Positions 52,666 through 64,000 of a DNA stretch of 64,000 bases are shown in pieces (position 1 is the stretch's first letter; each line of letters opens with the position of its first letter). The notes below the pieces were generated by a model. It was given only the letters and a program-made list of their open reading frames with translations. It had not been told where the DNA came from and did not search any database. This DNA comes from Macrostomum lignano (taxonomy: Eukaryota): contig NIVC01002779.1 of the NCBI GenBank assembly GCA_002269645.1, forward strand, positions 1 to 64,000. Direction: 5' to 3'. The translations under genes were made by a program, and so were the position numbers.

Positions 52666-54416
52666 TTACACCGGCTGTTCCTGACTGTCTCGCCGCGCTG
52701 ATTGGTCGTCTTTCAGCGCGACTCTGGCCGCCAGCTCGTCGTTGTCACCTTTATCCTCCTCGGCGTCGGCCGCCTTCAAGTCGGGCTGGCTGCCGCTGCA
52801 GCAGTGGCTCAGCGGGCGCATCTGGCGCACCGAGTTCGGCATGGCGCGGCCTCGCGTCTCCGGCAGCAGCAGCACCAGCAGGCCGACCAGCGCCGTAGAG
52901 CCACCGTACAGCAGGCCGGGCAACGCCGGGTGCCGCGCGGCCAGGACGCCGCCGAGCTCCGGAGCGAGGAACTGGCCAACCGTCATGATGCTGTAGGCCA
53001 AGAACAGCGAGCAGCTGCGCACCTTCGTTGGCAGCACCTCGGCGCCGTACACGTTCAGCACGCTGTAGGTAACTGTGCTGCTGAACTTGGCCGCCACAGC
53101 CAGGCAGCTCTGCACCTGGGTCGCTCCAGGCATGCTGGGTAGCAACGGCATAGTAACCAGAGCTACACCTGTCAGGCACATGCTGCCTACTGTTGTCCCC
53201 GCCTGCCCAGCCGGTTAATAAGCGGCCAGGCGACCACGTGGGCTGGCAGCTCCAGCGCCCCGGCAATGGCCACATTCACGTACGGGTCGCTGGCGATTAA
53301 GTCGCGCTGGAAGCAGAGCGCGTGATAGACCAGGTTCGATGTGAAAAAGCTCAACGTCACCACAGCCAGCGTGACCAGGTAAACTGGCCGGCAGATGTTG
53401 GCCCTGGGGATGCACCTGCACAGTCCGGGCTCCGAGTGGCCCGAGCCGCCGCCGCACACCAGCTCGTTGTTCTCGAAGCTGAACCGGCTCAGCGCGTCCT
53501 CGCAGCCGCTCAGCTGGCAGATTTGGCGCAGGACGCGTCTGGCTCGCTGAGTCTTGCGCCGGGTCAGCAGCCAGCGCGGCGACTCCGGCAGCAGCGGCGC
53601 ATAGGCGGCATAGCTCAGCCCGGTGACGCCGACCACCACGGCCAGCTGGAGTCGCCAGTCGGTCAGCAGATAGGCCACCCCTGCCGAGCCCATGTAGGCC
53701 AGGGTCCATGTGATCCAGAACAGATTGCCGTGCTGGCTGCGGTACTCCTGCGACACGATCTCCGTGATGAGCATGAGGCCCATCAGCTGGGCCGGGTCGC
53801 CGCAGCCCATGAAGAAGCGCAGCACCATCTGCCAGGTCAGGTCGGTCACGAAGACGGCAGCCATGCTGCTGGCCAAGTTCAGGTAGCAGAGGGCCAGCAG
53901 CACCGGCTTCCGGCCCACCGCGTCACCCAGCGGGCCGAGCAGCGTGGCCAAGCAGATGCCCAGCTGCAGCACCGTCTGCATCCGGTCGTTAAAGTACTGC
54001 CGGTCGCACACCAGCTGGTACTCGCTGAGAATGCTCCGGCCCGGCGCTAGGAAGGTCCAGGACTCGCACCGGTCGGGATTAGTCTCGTTAGATCCGTGTC
54101 CCCCCGTAGCCAATCTGAGCGAGCCATCTGGACTGGCAACGAGGCGCGGTCGGCTGCATTGGAAGTCCGTGATGTTCACCGGGGACGCCAGGCTATAGTT
54201 TGACAGTATTGAACTCCAGGGCACCGGGGCAGCCTCGCTGCCATTGTCCAGCAGGGCCTCGGCGCAGTGAAACGGCACCTGCGCTGTGGACAAGTTGAGC
54301 AGAAACATGTCGAAAGCCGCCTTCATGGACAGGAAGGAGATCATCAGGGTGATGCCCCAACGGTAGCAGGGCCCCGACTTGGAGATGCTGGACAGCAGCT
54401 CTTCGTACAGCATCAT
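52666..54416 (-). CDS. Intronless SLC22-family (organic cation/anion) MFS transporter, about 583 aa if one base is restored in the G4 run at 53197-53200
   Basis: VPFHC...C..W...SILSEYQLVCDR, GDAVGRK and LPESPRWL in ORF 53187-54416. ELP..RLGRR continues as (G)TTVGSMCLTG in the -1 frame with YGAEVLPTKVRS and LPETRG (ORF 52666-53181). Confidence 0.9.
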
Positions 54417-56604
54417 CCTCTTTGCTTAGTCTGAAACGCATGTAGTTTGACAGTCGGCCGCAGTAATTCTCCAACTCCCCAGGCCAGTGCTGTGCTTGCC
54501 AGTGCGTGCCCCAGTCCATTTTTATCCCTAAATGTTCTCCCGCTTAGCAGGTTCCCCCCCCCCCAGAGTGCCGCATCCCCCTTTCCCCTTAAGCACTCGG
54601 CTTCTGCAGTCCATTGGCTGACTATTAATCGTCTCTCACTCTTAGGCCGGGGCGGCAATTGGTGAAATTTTCCTGCCCTCCGCTCAGGGACTCCTTCCTT
54701 CCTTTCCCGATGCTGAGAGGGATTCGCCTTCTCTTGCCTCCCATTCGTGCACTCTAAGGCGCGCTACAGAAGTAAGTACAGGATTTGTTCCTGCTTGGGG
54801 TATGGAGCCAGCCTTTTTCCCAGGGCCCCGCATGGGAGCGCCCCGGACAAAGTGCAAGGACCGCTGTAGTATAACAGCACGTAAAACTTAATAATTGTGT
54901 GATTTTTGGAGGCCTATTTCCTGGAAAAATCGCACTGTGGATATAACAATATCATTTTTCATCGGGGCAGTGAAAATTGTCATTCTTTTAATTTACCATG
55001 CACAGCATGTTAATCTGTTGGATTTTATGCAGCCGTGTAGTGAAAGTCTCTTTTTCATATTATTCTCTTTTTATTTCATGTGCCCAAGTTGTATGCACTA
55101 ACTGTTTAAACTGTTTATGTATGTATATGCAGGAACTAATACTAGAAGTGGAATTTTACCTACAATAATAGCTTAGAGTACCTGCATGCAACAAGAAATA
55201 AAATATAAGTCAAGCTAATGCCACTTGTGAGTATTTAGAACTTTAGGCTTATGAAATAAAAAGAAAAGAATATGAAAATGAAACTTTCACTACAACCACA
55301 GCTATATATTCAATAAAATTGTAAATGAAAAAACGGTAATCTTCACTGTCTCAGATAAAATGCAGTCATTGTTCATGTCCTGTTTTATGTCCTGTTATAC
55401 TACAGTGGTCCTTGACAATGTGCAGACGACACTCCCGGAATAGGCCAGGCGGTCTTAAACCTGAGATCTCGACTTACCGACTAATGGAGACCGACTCCCC
55501 TGTTCACCCCAACCGCTCTCCGTGGAGGCGAAAGCCCCCAATTGCACTGTCCCGGGTTGCGCGCCGTTTCAGATCCAGAAATTCGCCTATCTAAAGGTCA
55601 TAGGACAAATGCCAGGGCTGTTCGTGCAGCTGCCATTCAGCTGATTTGTGTAGGGCTTCCAAGCTGAATTTGGTGGTAGATTTGTCAGACCATTCCTTGG
55701 GGGAGGACTCGGGGAAGGAGCTGCTCATCGGTAACCTCTCGCGCTATACGACCCCCTCGGTTTGATTCCGGTTTGATACATTAATATATCCATGGACTAT
55801 GGGGCCAACCGGCCTCAAGGCGAATAGAGTGTACATGCCCGCTGTGTGACAAGAAGAGATTCTGAAGTAACAATTGAATGCCACTTATGCACCCAGTTGA
55901 CTTACTGGCACGGGCGGCGACTATCGATATAAAAAGCGGGAGACGGTGGCATAAACAAACAACACAAGGCAGGCATCGATGCGTATTTGAAGCTCAAAAA
56001 ACGATGCTTGTAGTTGTTACGACTGTATGGACTATATTTTTTCTGCTCTGTTACTGAAGCTCTACTCGGACTCGAACTGGATCTGGGAGATAGAGAAAAA
56101 ATGGGTTGAAAAATTTATGCGGTCTGGCTTTCACTTGCTGATAATGCTCAGTGCTTGCCCTCGGCCTCACCTAAAATCTTGCTCCGGTTGGGCCATTCAC
56201 CGAGCTTTTTGGCTGATAGTTGAATTATGCTGTTCTATTCAAGAAAGGGCCGTGCGTGTATGCAGAGTAGATTACAGAGACTAGCTAACAGCGGAATCGG
56301 GTACAGAGAAAGTAAAAATACAAGATAGCCGATTGCACCGTTTATACTCGTAGATTAAAAGCACAAGCGCAACTTTTCCACGAAAAAGCTGTCAAAAGTT
56401 TAAGCATAAGATCACTAAGTCGAGAGACCGCATCATGCTGCATGCTTTTACTTTCATGATGCTTTTGTCATGTACTGGCGTTTAGTGTCATTTGAATTGG
56501 ATGAAGCTGAGCTGAGTACGGAACAAATCCCCTATTACAAATATCAGAAATCTACCCATGTTTCCGATGTCTGTTGACCTCTCTGGCAAATTTTTACATT
56601 GCGT

Positions 56605-56902
56605 AATAATAATAATTGATTACACCTGTCCAATGGGCAGATGTGCAACCGACAGCTCAGCCGCAGCTATTGCGCGGCGCATCTGAAGGCTGCGTACGGC
56701 TGTTCAGTCCAAGGACTGGGGTCACCACCCTCAATTACCCCAGCTGATGCTGGCACCAATTTTACAACTGGGTGAACTGAAGCAATTCAGAGTTAAGTGT
56801 CTTGCTCAAGGACACAAATTGTTCCAGTGGGATCGGGAATCGAACCCCGACCTTCAAGTCGTGAGTCCGACGCTCTAACCACTAGGCTACAACCACCCTT
56901 TA
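56605..56902 (-). mobile_element. Full-length CORE-like tRNA SINE, copy 2
   Basis: A box TAGCCTAGTGG, B box GGTTCGATTCC, MIR-CORE-like TGTGTCCTTGAGCAAGACACTTAAC...CAGTTCACCCAGTTGTAAAAT, (ATT)n tail, and 10-bp TSD TACATTGCGT (56595-56604, 56903-56912). Confidence 0.9.
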
Positions 56903-57129
56903 TACATTGCGTGATATCATGGTGTTCTACGTGATGTCATACCGTCGGCCGGACGCGATGTAATTTACAAATGCCCAATTCGCCGGAGACATCTACTGAG
57001 ATTGCATACCGCGCCCGTCGCCCCGGTTTTATGAGATTGCATCCACGACTATTGGCCGCCAAGGTGATGACCCTGTAGTAACACCGCAGCGAAGACGCAA
57101 TCGTAGACTGTTGCGTCACTCACTCTGGG

Positions 57130-57620
57130 CTCATTGCCTCCAAAATACTGGATCTCCTACGCCCTCCCCGGCCACCCGAATACCGGCATGCTTCAACAGC
57201 CGCTGCCGTGTCGCACCATCCGTGGCAACCTCCGCAACCTCAGCAACTCCGTCTTTCAGTGCCAATTAATCTTAACATATTCCCGTCATCTGCGACCGAA
57301 ATTCTCTCCATCAATTTAACAACCACCATTCATTCCGCCATCGTTCGTGAGCACATCGCGCTCTTTGATCATCAACCCTATGCTGTTCACCGCCTCCCCC
57401 CCACTGCATCGACATCACCGAGTAGCTTCTCAACCGGCGCCAAAAGAACCACCCTCGCCCAGCTGCGCTCGGGTCACTGCAAATTTCTGGCAACCTACAC
57501 GGCAAAACCCGACTCTTCGATCTCTCGCTCTGCCGCCGTTGCAGTAGCACAGCCAGAATCGGTCGACCACATTTTAACTGCTCCGCTTTTCCCACCGATT
57601 CCGGCGGTACCAGCCCTCTA
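57130..57620 (+). mobile_element. 3' remnant of an I/Ingi/Loa-group non-LTR retrotransposon
   Basis: TTLAQLRSGHCKFLATY...ESVDHIL matches the C-terminal LRSGH...ET..H.L zinc-knuckle region, here with degenerate Cys. Confidence 0.6.
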
Positions 57621-59326
57621 ATTGGTCCTCCCTTGTGCTTTTTTAGAATTGCACTGCACTCTCTTGCTTGAAATCGATCCCCAAATTCAATTTTCCATCG
57701 ATCGCAGTTAGTTTTATCTGCTCGGGGTTCACTTTGATACAACTTTTGTCAACTCACATTCTCCCAATCCAGCAGTCCAACGAGAGCAGAGTCGAACGAG
57801 AATAGTAATCACTGAATAATTACAATCCAAATAAATTATCACAACTCGATCAAACGGAATTTAAAAGCTTCATCATGCACAGGAACTACTAGCGATTTTA
57901 AAAACTGATATGTTCTTATAATATCTAAATACTATCTTTGGAGATAATAACATCTAGAGTTCTTCTGGAATAGCTCTGCATGCAGCATGCATGAAGTTTT
58001 AATGTTGGTTTCATTTATAATAATGGCAATGTCCAGGTGAAGTATTGCGTGGCAATTTTCAGCACCAGAGAGAAAATTCAACTCGAATCTTATATCCTAA
58101 AAATGAGTTGTCTGTCTGTCCATATGTGATTTATCAATCTAGATCCACTTAAGAGATAGGAATTCATCAGTAGTTAGTTAATACCTAGCTATCAGTTATC
58201 CAACCTATCTAATTATAAAATTCATTCCTGTCGCAAGCTCTAATTTTGTTCAAGGAAGTTTATCTCATGGGGGATATGTTTTCTTGCAAAAAACCATGAT
58301 GTTTGTTGGTTTAGAAGTTTAGAGTTTTGTTATTTTCGAATATCGATTTGAATATCGCACGGGAAAATAAACCTGCGTCAAGTAGCTATGCTAGTTCACC
58401 TAGTTAGTAGTGCATTCAAATTCGATCGATTCGAATACGATTGCTTCGAGTTGTAAATAATACTCATGCAACATCTACATTTTATAAAAAAATCGATTTT
58501 GTCGTTATCTAAAAAAAAGATACATGCAACTTTGCTTTAATATAAAATCAGAGTAGACCAAGACTATGGCAGGGTGTTGTTAAGGCCAAGGCTAGGCCTA
58601 AGTAAGGCATGATAACTGATAGTATACTTTTGATGGGGCCTATATCATATAAAATGCCTAAACTAGGCCTATAGAACTATGAGGATGGGTCCTAGGTCTA
58701 ATCTTCTTCTGGCAGAAGTTTTTTGTAATTATTTTTGTAATTTTCATTTTTTAGGACCTTTTAATTATGTAAGAGCATATTAAGTCTATAAATAACAATT
58801 TGTATCAATGAAGAATTTTGCCATATTATTATTTCACCTTTCTTTGATATTTTCTGATATGGCAATGATATTGCCATTGTCTATGTGGCCTAATAGCCTA
58901 AGCTCTGTCATAGCCACTAGGTCAGTATTAATTGTTCTTTTTAGATACTATCACTTTGTCAATTATATTATACTAATTTATTATTTGAAAGATATAATTT
59001 AAGGGATATAAGATACAAAATAGTAAATTATAAGTCCTAAACTAGAAAAAAGGGTTGATAATTTCTAGGTATAAATCTAGGAGTAGGCCTAGGACTTAAC
59101 TTTGCTTGAGTATCAAAAGAAACAAGAAGCTCAAACCAGTATTAGATAGTTTTTCTTAGATGTATTTAGTTTACATTGACCATTTTCAAGCATTTTATTG
59201 GCCCAGCTGTGAATAAATCAAAGATTTGACTTTGATTAAGTATTGAAAGAAATAGGAAGCTGAAAAGTGAAAATCAGTATTAGATAATTTATTCTATAAT
59301 AATTTGGTCTACATTGACCATTATAA

Positions 59327-60618
59327 TATTTAGTTAAAAGGAAAGTTCTTGCCAATTTTAAGAACTTAAATTGTATTGAGTTTTTATTGGACTGAAGCAA
59401 CTTCACAAAGTGAAATAATTGCCATCATATATAATGACTTTCTTTCTGCCATCGTTTGTGTAGCAGACTCATGATGCCGCCCTTATAGAACTTAGCTGGT
59501 TTTGAGGCAAATAAGTTGTCCAGCCACACAGCTAGATATTGAGTTCATGCTTATCATTGAATGATTTCTTGGCCATGGCACTGAATAAGGATAAGAACTA
59601 GTGGTAATCAGATGGTGCAAGGTCTGGTGAATAAGGTGGGTAGGGTAAAACCTCCCAGCCCAGATCAAGCAGCTTCTGCCAAGTAACCTTTGCCATGTGT
59701 GGCTGTGCATTGTTGTGAAAAAATGGACCAGATCATGATTTGGGTACTTTTCTTAGATCTTTGCTGCCAAACCATCCAGTTGCTGATAGTACTTGTTGGC
59801 TATAAGTATAATTGTAATTGTCAGGTTTGGTGGCAGCAGCTCATAATGAATGAGTAAATGACACTATTGCAGTCTTACTAGATACTAAGCATCACTTTCC
59901 AAGGGTGTAGTGGTGCTTTTAGCTGTGGTTTAGCTGTGGACACTTCATTTTTGTCTACCCACAAAGCATAGCATTTCACATTGGTGCATAAACACTACTT
60001 TTTGTCACTTATCACTATGAATGTTAGCCAATGGGTTGTGCAATGGTAGGACAAAAAAACATTGCAGCATCAGTGCAATGCCAATGGTCAAACTCAATAA
60101 GGTCGTGGGGTACCCATTGTGCCAACTTATACACCTACCTAGCTGGTGTAGGCAATTAATGATGGTGGTCTGGTGTACCCCAAGGATATCTGCCATTTGA
60201 TGCGAGGTTCAGCAGGGATCAACTTCTACAAGCTGGCGCAGCTGCTCATCATCCACCCCCAATGGTCAACCTGATTGGGGCTGAACTTCAAGTTCAAAGT
60301 TTCCATTGCGGAAACAAGTGAACTAGTCCCAGGCAGTTCTGTTGGACATGGTACCCTCTCTAAATGCAGAATTAATGCGAAGTGCCAATGCCGATGCATT
60401 AAGTCTAGATTTAAAGTTGTAGAGCAAACATAGACAAATATAGTTTTGAATTTTCTATTTTTCAGGCGCTATTCTGAAGAAAGTAGAAGGCAATGACTAT
60501 GACATGATTCCCACCTATCCTTCTTTATAATCCAGCAATGGAAGGTTCTAAAACTTTCAAAATTTTCCTTGCACTATATTTTTCTAGAATTGGCAAGAAC
60601 TTTCCCTTCAACTGAATA
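59327..60618 (-). mobile_element. Full-length but decayed mariner (about 1.29 kb)
   Basis: Imperfect TIRs (TTAGTTAAAAGGAAAGTTCTTGCCAATT and reverse complement) flanked by TA. Remnants LGVHQTTI..LHQLG and EVLPYPPYSPDLAPSDYH*F. Confidence 0.85.
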
Positions 60619-60912
60619 TATAGCACTAATGCATATCTATCCTATGTAAGAATTTAATGCTCTAGCATTTATGGCAAGCTATATATAGCTTATGCCAACC
60701 CCCAAATCCTAGTATAAAATTTGTAGTTTTTATGTTTATCTTGTCTTTTTATATGATAAACCCATTGGTTTATAAATTTTAGTAAAACTATTATCTAAAT
60801 TATAGACAAATTATCAGGTTATAAAATTTGCAAAGTTGGTTAGTTTGTTAAGTTATAAAAAACTTTTACTTAGTTTAACTAATAGCTCAGCCACCACTAT
60901 TATATGGTGCAA

Positions 60913-61131
60913 TTGAAGGCTGCATATGGCTGTTCAGTCCAAGGACTGGAGGGTATCATATACCCCCCTCAATTACCCCAGCTAATGCTGGTACCCATTT
61001 TATGGCTGGGTGAACTGAAGCAATGCAGAGTTAAGTATCTTTTTTAAAGACACAAATTGTTCCCGTGGGATTGGGAATCGAACCCCCAACCTTCAATTTG
61101 TGAGTTTGACACTAACCACTAGGCTACAACC
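60913..61131 (-). mobile_element. CORE-like tRNA SINE, copy 3
   Basis: Homologous to 56605-56902. Confidence 0.85.
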
Positions 61132-61309
61132 TGTAGAACCCCTTAAGGTGTTAAAGAATAAGACTTATAATGCCAATAGGTCTCAGGTAACAATACTTGT
61201 TGGGTATTATTTAGAAGCTTATTAGTCATTTACCAGTGTCTTATTGGGGTATTATCCAGTTTATGGCTTGGCAAAAAGGGCAATCCAATTGGCTCCCAAA
61301 TTTCTCCAG

Positions 61310-64000
61310 GAGTTGTCCGACGCTCTGGCTCAGGACTGCAGCTCCGGCCTCTCAGCTGCTGGGGCCAGTGGCAACAATGGCGCTGTCGCATCACTAGCCA
61401 ACAGTGGTGGTGGCAGCGGTGATGGAACGTCATCCAGCAGCAGTCAGCCTGGAAGCACAGTGATAGTCAACTACCTGCCCTCCAGTATAGGCAATAACGA
61501 GCTTAAGAAACTATTCGAATCTGTTGGGCCAACTACTAACTCTATTGTTGTTCGAGATCGAATCACTAAGGAGTCGAAATGCTTCGGCTTCGTCTCCTAC
61601 GAGTCGCCTAACGACGCTGAGCGCGCGGTCGAAGTGTTGAACGGTCGCCTAATTCAGGACAAATGCATTCGGGTTGGCATCGCCATACCACAGCAGGAGC
61701 TGGGCCACACGGGTTTGTCTGATGTCTTTTATTTACCTACAGTCGCAATTCCGGATTGTCATGATTTTGTGATTGCCATCAATCGCTGGCATTCACGGAG
61801 AGCCTCCATCTCTATTCAGTCTCCATCTCTAGTCAGTCTCCATCTCTAGTCAGTCACAGAGGGCCTCCATCTCGAGTCAGCCTCCATCTCTAGTCAGTCA
61901 CAGAGGGCTCCATCTCTAGTCAGCCTCCATCTCTAGTCAGCCTCCATCTCTAGTCAGCCTCCATCTCTAGTCAGTCACAGAGGGCTCCATCTCTAGTCAG
62001 CCTCCATCTCTAGTCAGCCTCCATCTCTAGTCAGCCTCCATCTCTAATCAGCCTCCATCTCTAGTCAGCCTCCATCTCTAGTCAGCCTCCATCTCTAGTC
62101 AGTCACAGAGGGCTCCATCTCTAGTCAGTCACAGAGGGCCTCCATCTCGAGTCAACCTCCATCTCTAGTCATTCGCAGAGGGCCTCCATCTCTAGTCAGC
62201 CTCCATCTCTAGTCAGTCACAGAGGGCTCCATCTCTAGTCAGCCTCCATCTCTAGTCAGCCTCCATCTCTAGTCAGCCTCCATCTCTAGTCAGTCACAGA
62301 GGGCTCCATCTCTAGTCAGTCACAGAGGGCCTCCATCTCGAGTCAACCTCCATCTCTAGTCAGCCTCCATCTCTAGTCAGCCTCCATCTCTAATCAGCCT
62401 CCATCTCTAGTCAGCCTCCATCTCTAGTCAGCCTCCATCTCTAGTCAGTCACAGAGGGCCTCCATCTCGAGTCAACCTCCATCTCTAGTCAGCCTCCATC
62501 TCTAATCAGCCTCCATCTCTAATCAGCCTCCATCTCTAGTCAGTCACAGAGGGCTCCATCTCTAGTCAGTCACAGAGGGCTCCATCTCTAGTCAGCCTCC
62601 ATCTCTAGTCAGTCACAGAGGGCTCCATCTCTAGTCAGTCACAGAGGGCTCCATCTCTAGTCAGTCACAGAGGGCTCCATCTCTAGTCAGCCTCCATCTC
62701 TAGTCAGCCTCCATCTCTAGTCAGCCTCCATCTCTAGTCAGCCTCCATCTCTAGTCAGTCACAGAGGGCTCCATCTCTAGTCAGTCACAGAGGGCCTCCA
62801 TCTCGAGTCAACCTCCATCTCTAGTCAGCCTCCATCTCTAGTCAGCGTCCATCTCTAGTCAGCGTCCATCTCTAGTCAGCCTCCATCTCTAGTCAGCCTC
62901 CATCTCTAGTCAGTCACAGAGGGCTCCATCTCTAGTCAGTCACAGAGGGCCTCCATCTCTAGTCAGCCTCCATCTCTAGTCAGCCTCCATCTCTAGTCAG
63001 TCACAGAGGGCTCCATCTCTAGTCAGTCACAGAGGGCCTCCATCTCGAGTCAACCTCCATCTCTAGTCAGCCTCCATCTCTAGTCAGCCTCCATCTCTAG
63101 TCAGCCTCCATCTCTAGTCAGTCACAGAGGGCCTCCATCTCGAGTCAACCTCCATCTCTAGTCAGCCTCCATCTCTAATCAGCCTCCATCTCTAATCAGC
63201 CTCCATCTCTAGTCAGTCACAGAGGGCTCCATCTCGAGTCAACCTCCATCTCTAGTCATTCGCAGAGGGCCTCCATCTCTAGTCAGCCTCCATCTCTAGT
63301 CAGTCACAGAGGGCCTCCATCTCTAGTCAGTCACAGAGGCCTCCATCTCTAGTCATTCGCAGAGGGCCTCCATCTCTAGTCAGCCTCCATCTCTAGTCAG
63401 TCACAGAGGGCCTCCATCTCTAGTCAGTCACAGAGGCCTCCATCTCTAGTCAGCCTCCATCTCTAGTCAGCCTCCATCTCTAGTCAGCCTCCATCTCTAG
63501 TCAGCCTCCATCTCTAGTCAGACTCCATATCTAGTCAGACTCCATCTCTAGTCAGACTCCATCTCTAGTCAGCCTCCATCTCTAGTCAGCCTCCATCTCT
63601 AGTCAGCCTCCATCTCTAGTCAGCCTCCATCTCTAGTCAGCCTCCATCTCTAGTCAGCCTCCATCTCTAGTCAGGCTCCATCTCTAGTCATTCGCAGAGG
63701 GCCTCCATCTCTAGTCAGTCACAGAGGGCTCCATCTCTAGTCAGTCACAGAGGGCTCCATCTCTAGTCAGTCACAGAGGGCTCCATCTCTAGTCAGTCAC
63801 AGAGGGCCTCCATTTCTAGTCATTCGCTGAGTTCCCCCTCTGCTCACCCAGTGAGTGCGGAGTCTGCGGACACCTCATCAGTCCCAAGTGCACCTGTCCA
63901 TATCACACCCAAACGCACTGGCAGGCAAGCTGTACGTGGCCGGCTTCCCAGCCTACTGGAACGACAACGAGCTGATGGCGGCATTCAAGCCCTACGGCCG
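61310..64000 (+). CDS. ELAV/Hu/Sex-lethal-like RRM protein (partial): exon about 61310-61712 (RRM1) and 63925-end (start of RRM2); 5' exon unresolved
   Basis: VIVNYLP...ELKKLFESVG...VRDRITKESKCFGFVSY...DAERAVEVLNG...IRVGIA. Phase-1 intron G|GTTTGT...GCAG|GC gives GKLYVAGFP...ELMAAFKPYG. Confidence 0.85.
61815..63830. repeat. Compound minisatellite of 17-bp (CCTCCATCTCTAGTCAG) and 26/27-bp (TCACAGAGGGC[C]TCCATCTCTAGTCAG) units filling the RRM-gene intron
   Basis: Directly visible. Confidence 0.95.

Noticed and set aside
52702-54198. Long antisense and alternative-frame ORFs over SLC22 (also over WARS2, crotonase, caveolin and 24107-24427)
   Set aside because: Shadow ORFs expected from GC-rich codon usage.
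55500-55770. RRM-like words (KELLIGNLSRYTT) in a stop-interrupted frame
   Set aside because: Too short and interrupted to support a pseudogene call.

Overview
Eukaryotic (animal) genomic DNA with spliceosomal introns, not prokaryotic. GC-rich exons, AT-rich transposon debris and minisatellite-filled introns resemble the flatworm Macrostomum; this is an inference from sequence texture only. Nine protein-coding genes were reconstructed by hand: a low-complexity protein with a Cys/Gly-rich tail, mitochondrial TrpRS (WARS2), a bacterial-type crotonase, caveolin, a TRADD-N-like/putative death-fold protein, a divergent PNPO-like protein, METTL17/Rsm22, an intronless SLC22 transporter with a 1-bp frameshift, and an ELAV/Sxl-like RRM gene running off the end. 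The window also holds about 20 distinct tandem-repeat arrays, nested DNA transposons (EnSpm-like, hAT, mariner, MITEs), LINE and Penelope remnants, and a CORE-like tRNA SINE family. Best leads: (1) an intron-containing crotonase of an actinobacterial-like family in a candidate trans-spliced operon with WARS2; (2) a PNPO paralogue that has lost its PLP-binding residues; (3) a TRADD-N-like immune or cell-death gene with an unknown C-terminal domain; (4) most longer introns of the conserved genes are filled by their own private minisatellite. No searches were run; family calls come from motif recognition.
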